In this document: piece by piece, positions 30,346 to 39,342 of the stretch
Layout of the letters: each line of letters starts with the position of its first letter
How positions within the stretch are numbered: position 1 is the stretch's first letter
Source of the DNA: Patescibacteria group bacterium
Lineage (GTDB): Bacteria > Patescibacteriota > UBA1384 > XYA2-FULL-43-10 > 1-14-0-10-43-13
Assembly (NCBI GenBank): GCA_041649155.1
Contig: JBAZNP010000001.1
Coordinates: 558,869-622,868, forward strand
DNA length: 64,000 bases
Reading direction: 5' to 3'
Made by a program: the position numbers and the translations under genes
The notes under the pieces: model-generated
What the model saw: the letters and a program-made list of their open reading frames with translations, nothing else
Told to the model about the DNA's origin: nothing
Database searches by the model: none

Positions 30346-31720
30346 AAAAATAAAGATCTCTTTCGCCATTTTCAATTCTTTTTAGTCGATCCATGGTTTC
30401 TATTTTTGTGTCTTCTTTTTCGATCATATCTAAATATTTTTCAATTATTTTTTGACCTAGTTTTTTGATTTTCGCATTAGCATAGTCTTCTAGATACTCT
30501 TTAAAAGTTAGTACGGCATTCGGGCGGCAGAGATTGTGAATGTCGCCTGGTTTCGCGATAGCCATAAATTTTTCGCCGGTTCGTCCTTGTCTGTAACAAG
30601 CGGTACAGAAACTTGGAAGCAAATCCTGTTGTAATATACTCTCAATTATTTCTGGTACATTTCTTTCATCGGCAACATTGAATTGTTCTAATATTTTTTT
30701 ATGTCCGTATCCTCCTGGAGCGGTTTTGGAGCCGGCACTGGTTTGGGAAATACCAATCTTAAAGGCCTTGGCTCTTGTTTCTGGTTTTTCTCTTGTTGAA
30801 ATGATCATTCCGGTGTAGGGGACTGCTAGCCTCAAAATTGCAATTATTTTTAATAATTCATCTTCTGAAACTTTATAAGGCGAATTAAATTTCACTGAAT
30901 CGGCCGGTTGAAATCTGGGAACGGAAAAAGTGTGTGGTCCGACTCCGAATTTTTTGTCTAGATACTTTGCATGAGATATTAAGGCTAAAACTTCAAATTT
31001 GTAATCATACAAGCCAAAAAGAACGCCAAGTCCAACATCGTCAATTCCGGCTTCGAAAGCACGATTGTGAGCGAAAAGCTGTCTTTCATAATTCTGTTTT
31101 GGGCCGTTGTGCAGTTTTTCGTATGATTTTTTATGATAAGTTTCCTGAAACAATTGGTATGTGCCGATGCCGACCTCTTTTAATTTGCGATAATCTTCAA
31201 CTGTGGTAGCGGCAATATTTATATTTACTCTGCGGATTTCGCCATTTTTGAATTTTATTTTATAAATTTCTTTAATAACATCGGTCACATAATCGATCGG
31301 GTTTTCTTTTGGGTCTTCTCCAAACTCGAGAAGCAGCCGCTTATGCCCCATATTTTCAAGAATTTTGACTTGTTCCCGCACTTCTTTCAGAGTTAATTTT
31401 TTTCGTGGTGATTTGTTTCTTCTATGAAATCCACAGTATTCACAATCATTTACGCAGAAGCTGGAAACATAGAGAGGAGCAAACAAAACCAGCCTTTCGC
31501 CGTAGATATCATTTTTTATTTTTTCGGCGGTTTTAAATATTTCCTCAATCAATTGCTTACCATCAACATTTAACAAAAAACCGACTTCCTCTAAATTCAA
31601 CCCCTTTTTGTTACGGGCTTTTTTTAGTATTTTCTCGACGATTTTTTTATTTGGTGATTTGGTTAAGCCCAATATCCGATATATTTTTTGTTCATCGATT
31701 ACATCTTTTATATTTGGCAT
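30344..31720 (-). CDS. hydG: [FeFe]-hydrogenase maturase HydG-like radical SAM enzyme
   Basis: CVNDCEYC, YQLFQETY, GPHTFSVPR, ISTRE, plus the C-terminal CTAC-x22-C auxiliary cluster motif that ThiH lacks. Confidence 0.88.
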   Translation of the reverse strand: MPNIKDVIDEQKIYRILGLTKSPNKKIVEKILKKARNKKGLNLEEVGFLLNVDGKQLIEEIFKTAEKIKNDIYGERLVLFAPLYVSSFCVNDCEYCGFHRRNKSPRKKLTLKEVREQVKILENMGHKRLLLEFGEDPKENPIDYVTDVIKEIYKIKFKNGEIRRVNINIAATTVEDYRKLKEVGIGTYQLFQETYHKKSYEKLHNGPKQNYERQLFAHNRAFEAGIDDVGLGVLFGLYDYKFEVLALISHAKYLDKKFGVGPHTFSVPRFQPADSVKFNSPYKVSEDELLKIIAILRLAVPYTGMIISTREKPETRAKAFKIGISQTSAGSKTAPGGYGHKKILEQFNVADERNVPEIIESILQQDLLPSFCTACYRQGRTGEKFMAIAKPGDIHNLCRPNAVLTFKEYLEDYANAKIKKLGQKIIEKYLDMIEKEDTKIETMDRLKRIENGERDLYF

Positions 31721-31830
31721 TTTGATCCTTTCTCAGCTCTTTTAGTATATATGATTTTTCCACATGACAAAATGCTTGTAGATTTCTCGATCTGGTGCTA
31801 TAAAATAATCGACGGATATGGAGGTGAGTA

Positions 31831-32163
31831 ATGTGGTACGTTATAGCGGCCATATTGGTGTTAGCGGTAATGCTAGGTAGCAGTGTTTTTTCTTTGTTCT
31901 GGGTTGTGGCTTGGATAAAAATTAAGAATTGGATTAATGCCGAGGAAGATGATTCAAACCGGCTTTTCGAGCGGTTGCGAGATCAGTTATCCTCAAGAAA
32001 CTTGCAGGGTGCAGTTGAGACGTACAGAATAATCGTTCAATTGGGCGATTCAAGCTGGCCATCTCATGCATTAGATCTTATCAGGCAATATGATATGAAT
32101 CTTGCCGAAAAGATAAGATCGCAGTCCGATCTTGTGTCCAATCCTAGCCCTTCGCAAGTGTGA
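31831..32163 (+). CDS. Hypothetical membrane-anchored protein
   Basis: GGAGGTGA RBS; N-terminal TM segment. Confidence 0.65.
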   Translation: MWYVIAAILVLAVMLGSSVFSLFWVVAWIKIKNWINAEEDDSNRLFERLRDQLSSRNLQGAVETYRIIVQLGDSSWPSHALDLIRQYDMNLAEKIRSQSDLVSNPSPSQV

Positions 32164-32178
32164 TGTTCTATTTCGTTC

Positions 32179-32260
32179 AGTGGTTTCTACCAGTTGGTAG
32201 AAACCACTTTCTAGATATTTTGATAAAAAATGTGGCCGAGCGGAATATTCCGCTCGGCCA
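32179..32260. terminator. Two hairpins between convergent ORFans
   Basis: AGTGGTTTCTACCA..TGGTAGAAACCACT and TGGCCGAGCGGAATATTCCGCTCGGCCA. Confidence 0.6.
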
Positions 32261-32284
32261 GTTTCGTTTATCAGTAGTGTAGTA

Positions 32285-32605
32285 CTACAGATAGTGAGAT
32301 TCTACATCACTGAGTAAGATGTTGCCTCCGGATGGTCTCTTGAATCTTAGCTTATAGTAGTGATCTCCTTTAGCAGTCCGGTACTCGACACTTCTTGAGC
32401 AACCAGGCTTGATAACAAGTGTGTCGAGCTCCACATCGACTGCTTTGTAATGGGCTATACCATCTATGATAATTTCATTTGGCAACATTCCGGTTGTGGA
32501 GATGTGGTTCCAGAGAGCTCCTCGTATCTTGCTAGTATTTATCCCTTGATTCAGCGAGCAACCATTCAATACAAATGCATGCCCCTGACTTACTGCTATG
32601 GCCAT
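32285..32605 (-). CDS. Hypothetical protein
   Basis: AGGAGG RBS; TTGACA-17 bp-TAAGAT promoter upstream. Confidence 0.6.
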   Translation of the reverse strand: MAIAVSQGHAFVLNGCSLNQGINTSKIRGALWNHISTTGMLPNEIIIDGIAHYKAVDVELDTLVIKPGCSRSVEYRTAKGDHYYKLRFKRPSGGNILLSDVESHYL

Positions 32606-32769
32606 TCCCTTATCCTCCTTGTATCTGGGATTTTGACTTTATCTTACTATTATTTGGCCGATGTGTCAATGCAAAAAAGCAGGATATTGGTAATTGCCAA
32701 CTATAAAATTGTTTGTTCTAAGTCGGATGGATTTATTCGCGGCGATATTTAGAGTAAAATATAATTAAA

Positions 32770-34194
32770 TTGGAGGGGATTATTAGAAAAAGTTCTAGAA
32801 AATTTGGTTTTACCCTGTATAAATCCAACAAAGTTGGTATGCCGAAGGCATATTTAACAGGGTTTACTCTTATTGAGATAATGATCGACATCTCGGTTCT
32901 TGCTCTTGTGGCTACAGGCGTACTTTCGGCATACTCGGCCAGCTTTAAAGCGATGGAACTTGCCAAGGCAAAAACTGCCTCTGTTGCATTGGCAAATGAA
33001 AAAATGGAAGAAATTCATAATATGTCCTATGACAGTTTGGCAACGGAGCACGGAATCATATATCCTCCTGGGACTATTAAGGACGATGAAGAATTTACAC
33101 GACGCGGAGTAAAATTCAATGTACATACGATAATATCGTATATTGATGATCCCTATGACGGCAATGCTGATGGATCAATCGTCGGTAAGCCAAAAGATCT
33201 TTATCCTTATGATTATAAAAAAGTCGAAGTTGTAGTTTCTAAAATTGGTCGAGCCGGACATCTGGCGCAATTAACTACGAATATTGCAGCTAAAGCAGCT
33301 GAGACGCCATCTAACACAGGTATTATAAAGCTTTGTGTTGTTGACTCTGCTGGCACACCAGTGTCGGGCGCTACCTTAACAGTTCAAAATTTTGAAGTAG
33401 ATCCCGCTGTTGATATTTCGGGAGAATCAGGAATAGATGGATGTATTATGATACCGAATTTGCCTCCTGATAGTCAGAACAGCTACCATTTAACGGCTAC
33501 TAAAGACGGGTATTCTACGGACATTACTTATCCACGTACTTCTCAGAATCCTAATGAAGAATATCAGGATGTAGATGTTATCGTTCAAAATGTCACAAAT
33601 AAAACATTGGTTATTGATAAACTCAGTACAATGGAGATAAATTTTGTTGATTCGAGTGGAAATTCTTTACCGAATATTAATTTTCATTTGGAGAATTCTA
33701 AAGAAATTTATTTTAATCCTACGACTTTTAAATATTCAGAAAATTTAACCACTGACGCTAATGGTTACCTGAGACTAACCGGCATGGAATTTAGCGACTA
33801 TAAAATTACAACCGGAAGCGGAATGATCGCTGCAATTTCCCCTTATCAGCCGGTTGGCCTTAAAGCGGATGTAAATTTAAGTGTGCAAGTTGTGATAACT
33901 AACTCTCCAACACAGCCCATAATTTTGTCTTCTGACCCGCTAAGTGGAAAAAAAGACGACATTGTTTATGTTACTATTCTCGGAAATAAATTTGACAGTT
34001 TAATCGGTGTTAAACTTATAAATCAATCAGGAGCTGAAATCGTTGGGTCAAATGTAAAAGTAATAGGAAATAATACAATTGAAGTGGAGCTTGATACTCA
34101 TGGGGTTGCAATAGGACTTTGGGATATTGTAGTTACTAATCCTGGAGGTGAAAGTACAAAGCAGTTAAATGGTATTGAGATAAAAAATGAGTAA
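32770..34194 (+). CDS. Large minor pilin (PilV-like N-terminus plus Ig/carboxypeptidase-regulatory-like domains)
   Basis: G|FTLIE, LANEKMEEI, YKKVEVVV, beta-rich repeats, WDIVVTNPGG. Confidence 0.85.
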   Translation: MEGIIRKSSRKFGFTLYKSNKVGMPKAYLTGFTLIEIMIDISVLALVATGVLSAYSASFKAMELAKAKTASVALANEKMEEIHNMSYDSLATEHGIIYPPGTIKDDEEFTRRGVKFNVHTIISYIDDPYDGNADGSIVGKPKDLYPYDYKKVEVVVSKIGRAGHLAQLTTNIAAKAAETPSNTGIIKLCVVDSAGTPVSGATLTVQNFEVDPAVDISGESGIDGCIMIPNLPPDSQNSYHLTATKDGYSTDITYPRTSQNPNEEYQDVDVIVQNVTNKTLVIDKLSTMEINFVDSSGNSLPNINFHLENSKEIYFNPTTFKYSENLTTDANGYLRLTGMEFSDYKITTGSGMIAAISPYQPVGLKADVNLSVQVVITNSPTQPIILSSDPLSGKKDDIVYVTILGNKFDSLIGVKLINQSGAEIVGSNVKVIGNNTIEVELDTHGVAIGLWDIVVTNPGGESTKQLNGIEIKNE

Positions 34195-34864
34195 ATCATG
34201 TCATTCCGTACTTGATACGGAATCTATACAAATAGTTTCTGGATCCCAGATACAAGCCTGCCTACCGGCAGGCAGGTCTGGGATGACGGCGAAAAATAAA
34301 AAAGCATTTTCCTTAATTGAGATGGTGGTGGTAGTGGCTTTGGTTTCTATGATTACAGTAGTGGTTACAGCTTTTTTTTCAGAGAGCGTTAAAACCTACA
34401 GACTAAAACGTCAAAGTGTGGATCTTGAAGAAAAGGCTGCACAGGTAATGCGGAAATTTGAGATAACTACACGGGCAGCTAGTAAGGTTACTAAAGCGGA
34501 TAACAATGAATTAATATTTCTTCGCTACTTTGACTTAACGAGCGTTTCTCCAACTCAAGTTAGATATTTTATGGATGGAAATCAATTTAAAATAGGACTT
34601 ACGCAACCTTCGGGAACTGAACCGAATATTATTTATCCGCCTGAGAATGAAACGATCGAATTATTAATAAATGATGTTGCGAATGCTGATTTACTCTTTA
34701 CATATTTTGATGGTTCTAATGCCGAATTAAATTTACCGATTAACATTACAAATTTAAAAATGATAGGCCTTTCAATTTCACTTGATAAAAATGGTGATCT
34801 CCCACCGGCATCAATTACGGAAACAACAAAAGTTTCGTTTCGGAATATGAAGGATAATTTGTGA
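34187..34864 (+). CDS. Minor pilin (PilW/GspJ-like) with a repeat-derived leader
   Basis: A|FSLIEMVVV; the leader is a translated family A element. Confidence 0.85.
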   Translation: MSKSCHSVLDTESIQIVSGSQIQACLPAGRSGMTAKNKKAFSLIEMVVVVALVSMITVVVTAFFSESVKTYRLKRQSVDLEEKAAQVMRKFEITTRAASKVTKADNNELIFLRYFDLTSVSPTQVRYFMDGNQFKIGLTQPSGTEPNIIYPPENETIELLINDVANADLLFTYFDGSNAELNLPINITNLKMIGLSISLDKNGDLPPASITETTKVSFRNMKDNL

Positions 34865-34903
34865 AACAAATTATCCTTCATAAATGGATAGCGAATTATA
34901 CTA

Positions 34904-36271
34904 ATGGCTAATTTACGAATGTTAAAAATGAAAATTGGAAAATGGAAAATGAGAATTTCCCGAGTGAAACGCGGGAGCTATTTACCTGTTATTTTAATGG
35001 CCTCGGTTTTGTTTTTGGCTTTTTCGATAGCCATAATCACGCTATCAATGTCAAATGTAAAAATTGCTAACTTGCATAACAAAAAAATCACCTCGATGTC
35101 GATTGCCGAAGCCGGAATAAATTATTATCTTTGGCATTTGGCTCATAATAATGAGGACTATTGTGATGGACAAGCAACATGCGACAGTAATACTTCATTT
35201 AAGCATGATTATACGGATGAAGCCGGTAATGTTTTGGGAACGTATGAACTTTTCATAACTCCGCCATCACTTGGTCAATCTTCTGTTACGGTAAAGTCGG
35301 TGGGCAAGGTTAACGGCACAAGCCCCACTCGCACTATTATCACTACAATCGGAATGCCTTCATTTACTAAATATACTTTGCTTGTAAACGGTGAACAACT
35401 TTGGGTTGGTCCAAGTGAAAGAATTACCGGTACGGTTCACGTTAATGATAGTGGAATATACAACCAAGGTGAAATCACCGGTGACGCTTCATCAACTGAA
35501 TCGACCTATAATAGTTGGAATTGGGGAACTCAGCCGGGTGTGGCAGGATCTGGAATTTATGGCGGATCAAAATCATACCCTATTCCGCGAATTGATTTTA
35601 ATCAAGTGGACGTCGATGTTAAAACGATTAGGGATAATGGGGAAGGGGATTATTATGACAATGCTCCTAGTGGTAGTAGAGGTTATCACATTGTTTTAAA
35701 AACAGATGGTTATGATTTATATAAAGTAACTAATTTCAATAATACAAGACTTAATATTACGGCGGAAACACTTTTGGGCAATCATCGTTATCCGGAAGAT
35801 GGAATTATTTTTCTTGAGGATAGTGTTTGGATTAATGGAACCATTGATAATCAGAAAATAACGATAATTGCTGCTGACCCTGAAAAAAATGGGAATCAGC
35901 GTAAAAGAATTATTATCCCTGATTTATTAAAATATACTAACTTGGACGGTTCTGATAAAATTGGATTAATAACTCAGACCGATATTCTGGTTGCTCAAAC
36001 TGCTCCGTATAACATGGAAATTGATGCTGCCATGATTGCTAAAGATGGGGAAATTAGAATAAACGACTACAGCGGTCTTCATAAAGGCAACATGAAAGTT
36101 TATGGTAGCATGGCTCATAATTCTGGTTTGATTTGGACGTATGATCATGGAAGTGATTGGACGGGATATGCAACTACTGAAACTATTATCGATCAATCAA
36201 ATGTATTAAATCCGCCGCCAAAGTTTCCTTTAACTGGTACATATGAAATATTGAGTTGGCGCGAAGAATAG
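34904..36271 (+). CDS. PilX-like minor pilin
   Basis: RG|SYLPVIL hydrophobic helix, SIAEAGIN motif, C-terminal SWREE. Confidence 0.85.
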   Translation: MANLRMLKMKIGKWKMRISRVKRGSYLPVILMASVLFLAFSIAIITLSMSNVKIANLHNKKITSMSIAEAGINYYLWHLAHNNEDYCDGQATCDSNTSFKHDYTDEAGNVLGTYELFITPPSLGQSSVTVKSVGKVNGTSPTRTIITTIGMPSFTKYTLLVNGEQLWVGPSERITGTVHVNDSGIYNQGEITGDASSTESTYNSWNWGTQPGVAGSGIYGGSKSYPIPRIDFNQVDVDVKTIRDNGEGDYYDNAPSGSRGYHIVLKTDGYDLYKVTNFNNTRLNITAETLLGNHRYPEDGIIFLEDSVWINGTIDNQKITIIAADPEKNGNQRKRIIIPDLLKYTNLDGSDKIGLITQTDILVAQTAPYNMEIDAAMIAKDGEIRINDYSGLHKGNMKVYGSMAHNSGLIWTYDHGSDWTGYATTETIIDQSNVLNPPPKFPLTGTYEILSWREE

Positions 36272-36274
36272 TAA

Positions 36275-36742
36275 AACAACAGATGACGAATAATACAGAT
36301 AATACGAATGACAGAAAAGTAGAACAGCTGATTTATAAGGAGTTGTCTTATAAGCTAGTTGGTCTTGCGTATGAAGTATGCAACACTCTTGGCGAAGGAT
36401 TAAAAGAAGAAGTATATAAAGATGCTTATGCGTTATTACTTGATAAAGAAAAAATTCCTTATGCGAAAGAGTATTATTATTCAATAAAGATAAGAGATGA
36501 AATCATTGCAAAAAGATTCTTTGATTTTTTGATTGATGATAAAATAATAGTTGAATTCAAAGTGGGCGGAAAAGCATATTTTAGTTCTTATAAACAATTA
36601 TTGGAATATCTTAAATCCAGTAAGTATAAATTAGGGTTGATAATCAGGTTTTCGTTAGATGGTGTAAAGATAAAGCGTATCCCAAATTTGTATTAATCAA
36701 CTTAAAAATTAGTATTATTTGTCTTATTAGTAATCTGTTGTT
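36275..36742 (+). mobile_element. Putative mobile element: GxxExxY gene between 35-bp imperfect inverted repeats
   Basis: 36275-36309 matches the reverse complement of 36708-36742 at 30/35 positions; an empty copy exists at 56587-56676. Confidence 0.7.
36283..36696 (+). CDS. GxxExxY protein (PD-(D/E)XK nuclease-like)
   Basis: LGEGLKEEVY, DFLIDDKIIVEFK, QLLEYLK, GLIIRF. Confidence 0.92.
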   Translation: MTNNTDNTNDRKVEQLIYKELSYKLVGLAYEVCNTLGEGLKEEVYKDAYALLLDKEKIPYAKEYYYSIKIRDEIIAKRFFDFLIDDKIIVEFKVGGKAYFSSYKQLLEYLKSSKYKLGLIIRFSLDGVKIKRIPNLY

Positions 36743-36745
36743 CAT

Positions 36746-36937
36746 ATGAAGTTTTTAATTTTTTTAATGTGTGAAGGGCTGGGTTTTGTTTCGATAATTT
36801 ATACAAAATGGCTGGTCGATTCTATCGGCAGATCCCAATTTTTTGAAGAAAAATTGGGCAGTGGTGGAACGTATACTTTCTGGAAGCTACTCGGTGTTGC
36901 ATCAATAATTTTTGGCTTCTTTTATTTGTTTAGTTAA
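36746..36937 (+). CDS. Small membrane protein
   Basis: Two hydrophobic segments flanking EEKLGSGGTY. Confidence 0.7.
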   Translation: MKFLIFLMCEGLGFVSIIYTKWLVDSIGRSQFFEEKLGSGGTYTFWKLLGVASIIFGFFYLFS

Positions 36938-36981
36938 TTTTATACAAGAAAAAAGCATCACTTACCGTGATGCTTTTTTCT

Positions 36982-37057
36982 TGGTGGACCTGAGGAGACT
37001 CGGACTCCTTACCTCAGCAATGCGAATGCTGCGCTCTACCAGATGAGCTACAGGCCC
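36982..37057 (-). tRNA. tRNA-Ala(CGC)
   Basis: Cloverleaf with G3:U70, anticodon loop TTCGCAT, encoded CCA; T-loop reads TCCGAGT. Confidence 0.92.
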
Positions 37058-37238
37058 TAAACTTGTTTTAATATACTCAATTTATAAAAAAAATTCCACT
37101 ATTAAAGTGGATTTTCTTTGGTGGAACGCATTGTTGCAAGTAAGAAATATCATTATGAACTCAACTGAATATGTTTATATCCCGAAGATAAGAATAAGAA
37201 CCTATTGAGTTAATTTCTTAATCCCTGATATAATCAAA

Positions 37239-37526
37239 TTGATGATTAACAAATCCAATACTAAGAAAATATTTTTTTTGATTGCCTCTCTTGCGGTAAT
37301 GGTTCTGAGCGCACTTAGTGCTCTGTGGCTCATAGGGGCTTCTTACCATCTTCCAAGTCTTGGTTTATTTTATTTTGCGATAGCTTGGCTTGTCGTACTG
37401 ATTGCTAATTTCATTGCTTGGATTTCGATATTCTGGACCAATAAATTCTATTTTCTATTAAAAATCTGCCTAGGATTAAATTTGGTGCCCATCGTTTTAA
37501 TCCTTTTATGGTTTTTCTTGGGTTAA
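37239..37526 (+). CDS. Hypothetical membrane protein (3 TM)
   Basis: Highly hydrophobic ORF. Confidence 0.55.
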   Translation: MMINKSNTKKIFFLIASLAVMVLSALSALWLIGASYHLPSLGLFYFAIAWLVVLIANFIAWISIFWTNKFYFLLKICLGLNLVPIVLILLWFFLG

Positions 37527-37577
37527 TTTATTCTTATTTTATTAGTTCTAACCATCACTTTGGGTATAATAAAAAGA

Positions 37578-37823
37578 CTAGTCAGAGACTAATAGATGTT
37601 TATTTCTAAATGCCTTGCCAGAGGAGGATTTTAGATAATCCTCAAATCTTGCGGCTAACTCTTTTGTTTCAAACGCCGCATACCACGCTACTTTGACAGG
37701 TCTAAATTTTGAAGTATGCGGAACACCACCAGATTGATGTTTTCCAAATCGCGCCGAGAGATCCTTTGTTGATCCAGCGTAAAAAGTATTATTTGATAAT
37801 TCCAACAAATAAGTATAGTACAT
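37578..37823 (-). CDS. GIY-YIG nuclease family protein
   Basis: YYTYLL..FYAGST..R..H..G..T..RP..A..E.YLKS. Confidence 0.92.
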   Translation of the reverse strand: MYYTYLLELSNNTFYAGSTKDLSARFGKHQSGGVPHTSKFRPVKVAWYAAFETKELAARFEDYLKSSSGKAFRNKHLLVSD

Positions 37824-37973
37824 GCATTTATTATACAAAAAAGTCCAACTTCACTCAAATCAAAGCACATTTGAGCTACGCTGGACAAACTTCTTGCTTG
37901 CCATCCAGAAACACTTAACTGTTTTGAATGGTTTGGCTTGCCAAGCGAAGCCGATGTTCGTGAAGGCGAAGTT

Positions 37974-38049
37974 TGGTGGACCCGACAGGATTCGAACCTG
38001 CGACATCCTCGTTGCAAACGAGGCGCTCTACCAACTGAGCTACGGGCCC
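37974..38049 (-). tRNA. tRNA-Ala(TGC)
   Basis: GGGCCCGTAGCTCAGTTGGTAGAGC...TTTGCAA...GGTTCGAATCC...CCACCA. Confidence 0.97.
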
Positions 38050-38240
38050 ATTTCTGAGTATAATCATACTATAAAAACGATTTATTATCAAGATCCTGCA
38101 ATTCTATAATTATTTAGGAATTATCACGTGGATTTAAGAACTGACCCCCTTGATAGTTTTTAAGGGGCTATTTTATTGACAATTTAAGAAGATGTTGTGA
38201 TACTAACGCTTAGTTGTAGCTTTGAATCGAGGAGGAAGTA

Positions 38241-38546
38241 ATGGATTACTTGGAAGAAAAAAAAGAAAATAAACAGCTTTGGTGGATTTCCGATGGTCGT
38301 TTTTTACAACTTGATGATTATCGTAAAAAACAACTTTTGAATCCCTCAAGAACGATTGAATTGCCCGGTATTGATGCAACAAGTCATGTTTTAAATAATG
38401 CTGCTCAAATTGCTATTGGCATGACCGCATTGATTAAAAGGGGATTAAAATCAAAAACTGAGGTGGATCATGAAATGGTTGATGATATAAAAGATAACTT
38501 GGAAATCATTATAAATTTTATCAAGGCATACAATATTGTAAAGTGA
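38241..38546 (+). CDS. Hypothetical protein
   Basis: GGAGG RBS, TTGACA-17 bp-GATACT promoter, terminator near 38570. Confidence 0.65.
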   Translation: MDYLEEKKENKQLWWISDGRFLQLDDYRKKQLLNPSRTIELPGIDATSHVLNNAAQIAIGMTALIKRGLKSKTEVDHEMVDDIKDNLEIIINFIKAYNIVK

Positions 38547-38819
38547 TTAATGACAATCCAAGATCACTGGCCCCTGTCATGTTTGGCAGGGGCATTTTTC
38601 GTGAAATTTAATCTTGCTAGATTGATTAAGCTGATTAAAAAAGGAGAGGAATTAAAGATGGGCGAATTAATTATCAAGACTCCAAGGAAGCTGCCGTTAT
38701 CAGTATTTTTGTGATGTGTGACAACGAACTTCTTTTATAAAAGAATGGTCGACCTAATTTTAATGCAAAACATCACACTGGAATAGCGTGATGTTTGTAT
38801 TTGCTGCAGAGCGAGGATG

Positions 38820-39194
38820 CTAAGCAGCTGTTTGTGCTTGTAATAGCGGGGTGTCGGCTTTGCCGATTGGCAATACATCTAAGTTAATCGGCGTAGAAAT
38901 GTCGTTGTTATGCGGAATTCCTTTGCGAGGATGTGGTTGCAGATGTCGGTGAACACTTCTGCTACCTTTGATTTCTATAACAAAAGGAGAAAATTCTTGT
39001 CCGTCTTTCAAGACAATGAATGGTCGGTTGCAATTAATGCATTCACCAACATCCCCCTCTTCGTTTAGCAATTGCCAACTATCTGATAACGAGTCCGGAG
39101 GCAAATGCCCGCAATGTGGACACCCGTATCTTAAATAGTCTTTTTGGCTTATGGCAATGACATCTTCAATACATTGCTCTTCTGGTTCAACCAA
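38820..39194 (-). CDS. Hypothetical zinc-ribbon protein
   Basis: CPHC...CINC; GGAGG RBS before TTG. Confidence 0.65.
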   Translation of the reverse strand: MVEPEEQCIEDVIAISQKDYLRYGCPHCGHLPPDSLSDSWQLLNEEGDVGECINCNRPFIVLKDGQEFSPFVIEIKGSRSVHRHLQPHPRKGIPHNNDISTPINLDVLPIGKADTPLLQAQTAA

Positions 39195-39342
39195 AACCTA
39201 ATACCTCCATCTGTCATGATTGCGTGCTCATAATAATATAAAGAGACCGATTAGTCAATTTATTCAGCACCTGAGTTGAATAATCGGCGATTAGGTGGTA
39301 ATTTTTCAGTAAGGAATTCATCAAATACGGAATAGGGGGATT

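Noticed and set aside
30344-31720. ThiH (thiamine biosynthesis)
   Set aside because: It has the HydG C-terminal extension with CX2CX22C and no thi genes nearby.
37119-37145. TGGTGGA as a tRNA 3' duplication (att site) between the two tRNA-Ala genes
   Set aside because: Match is only 7 nt and no integrase is present.
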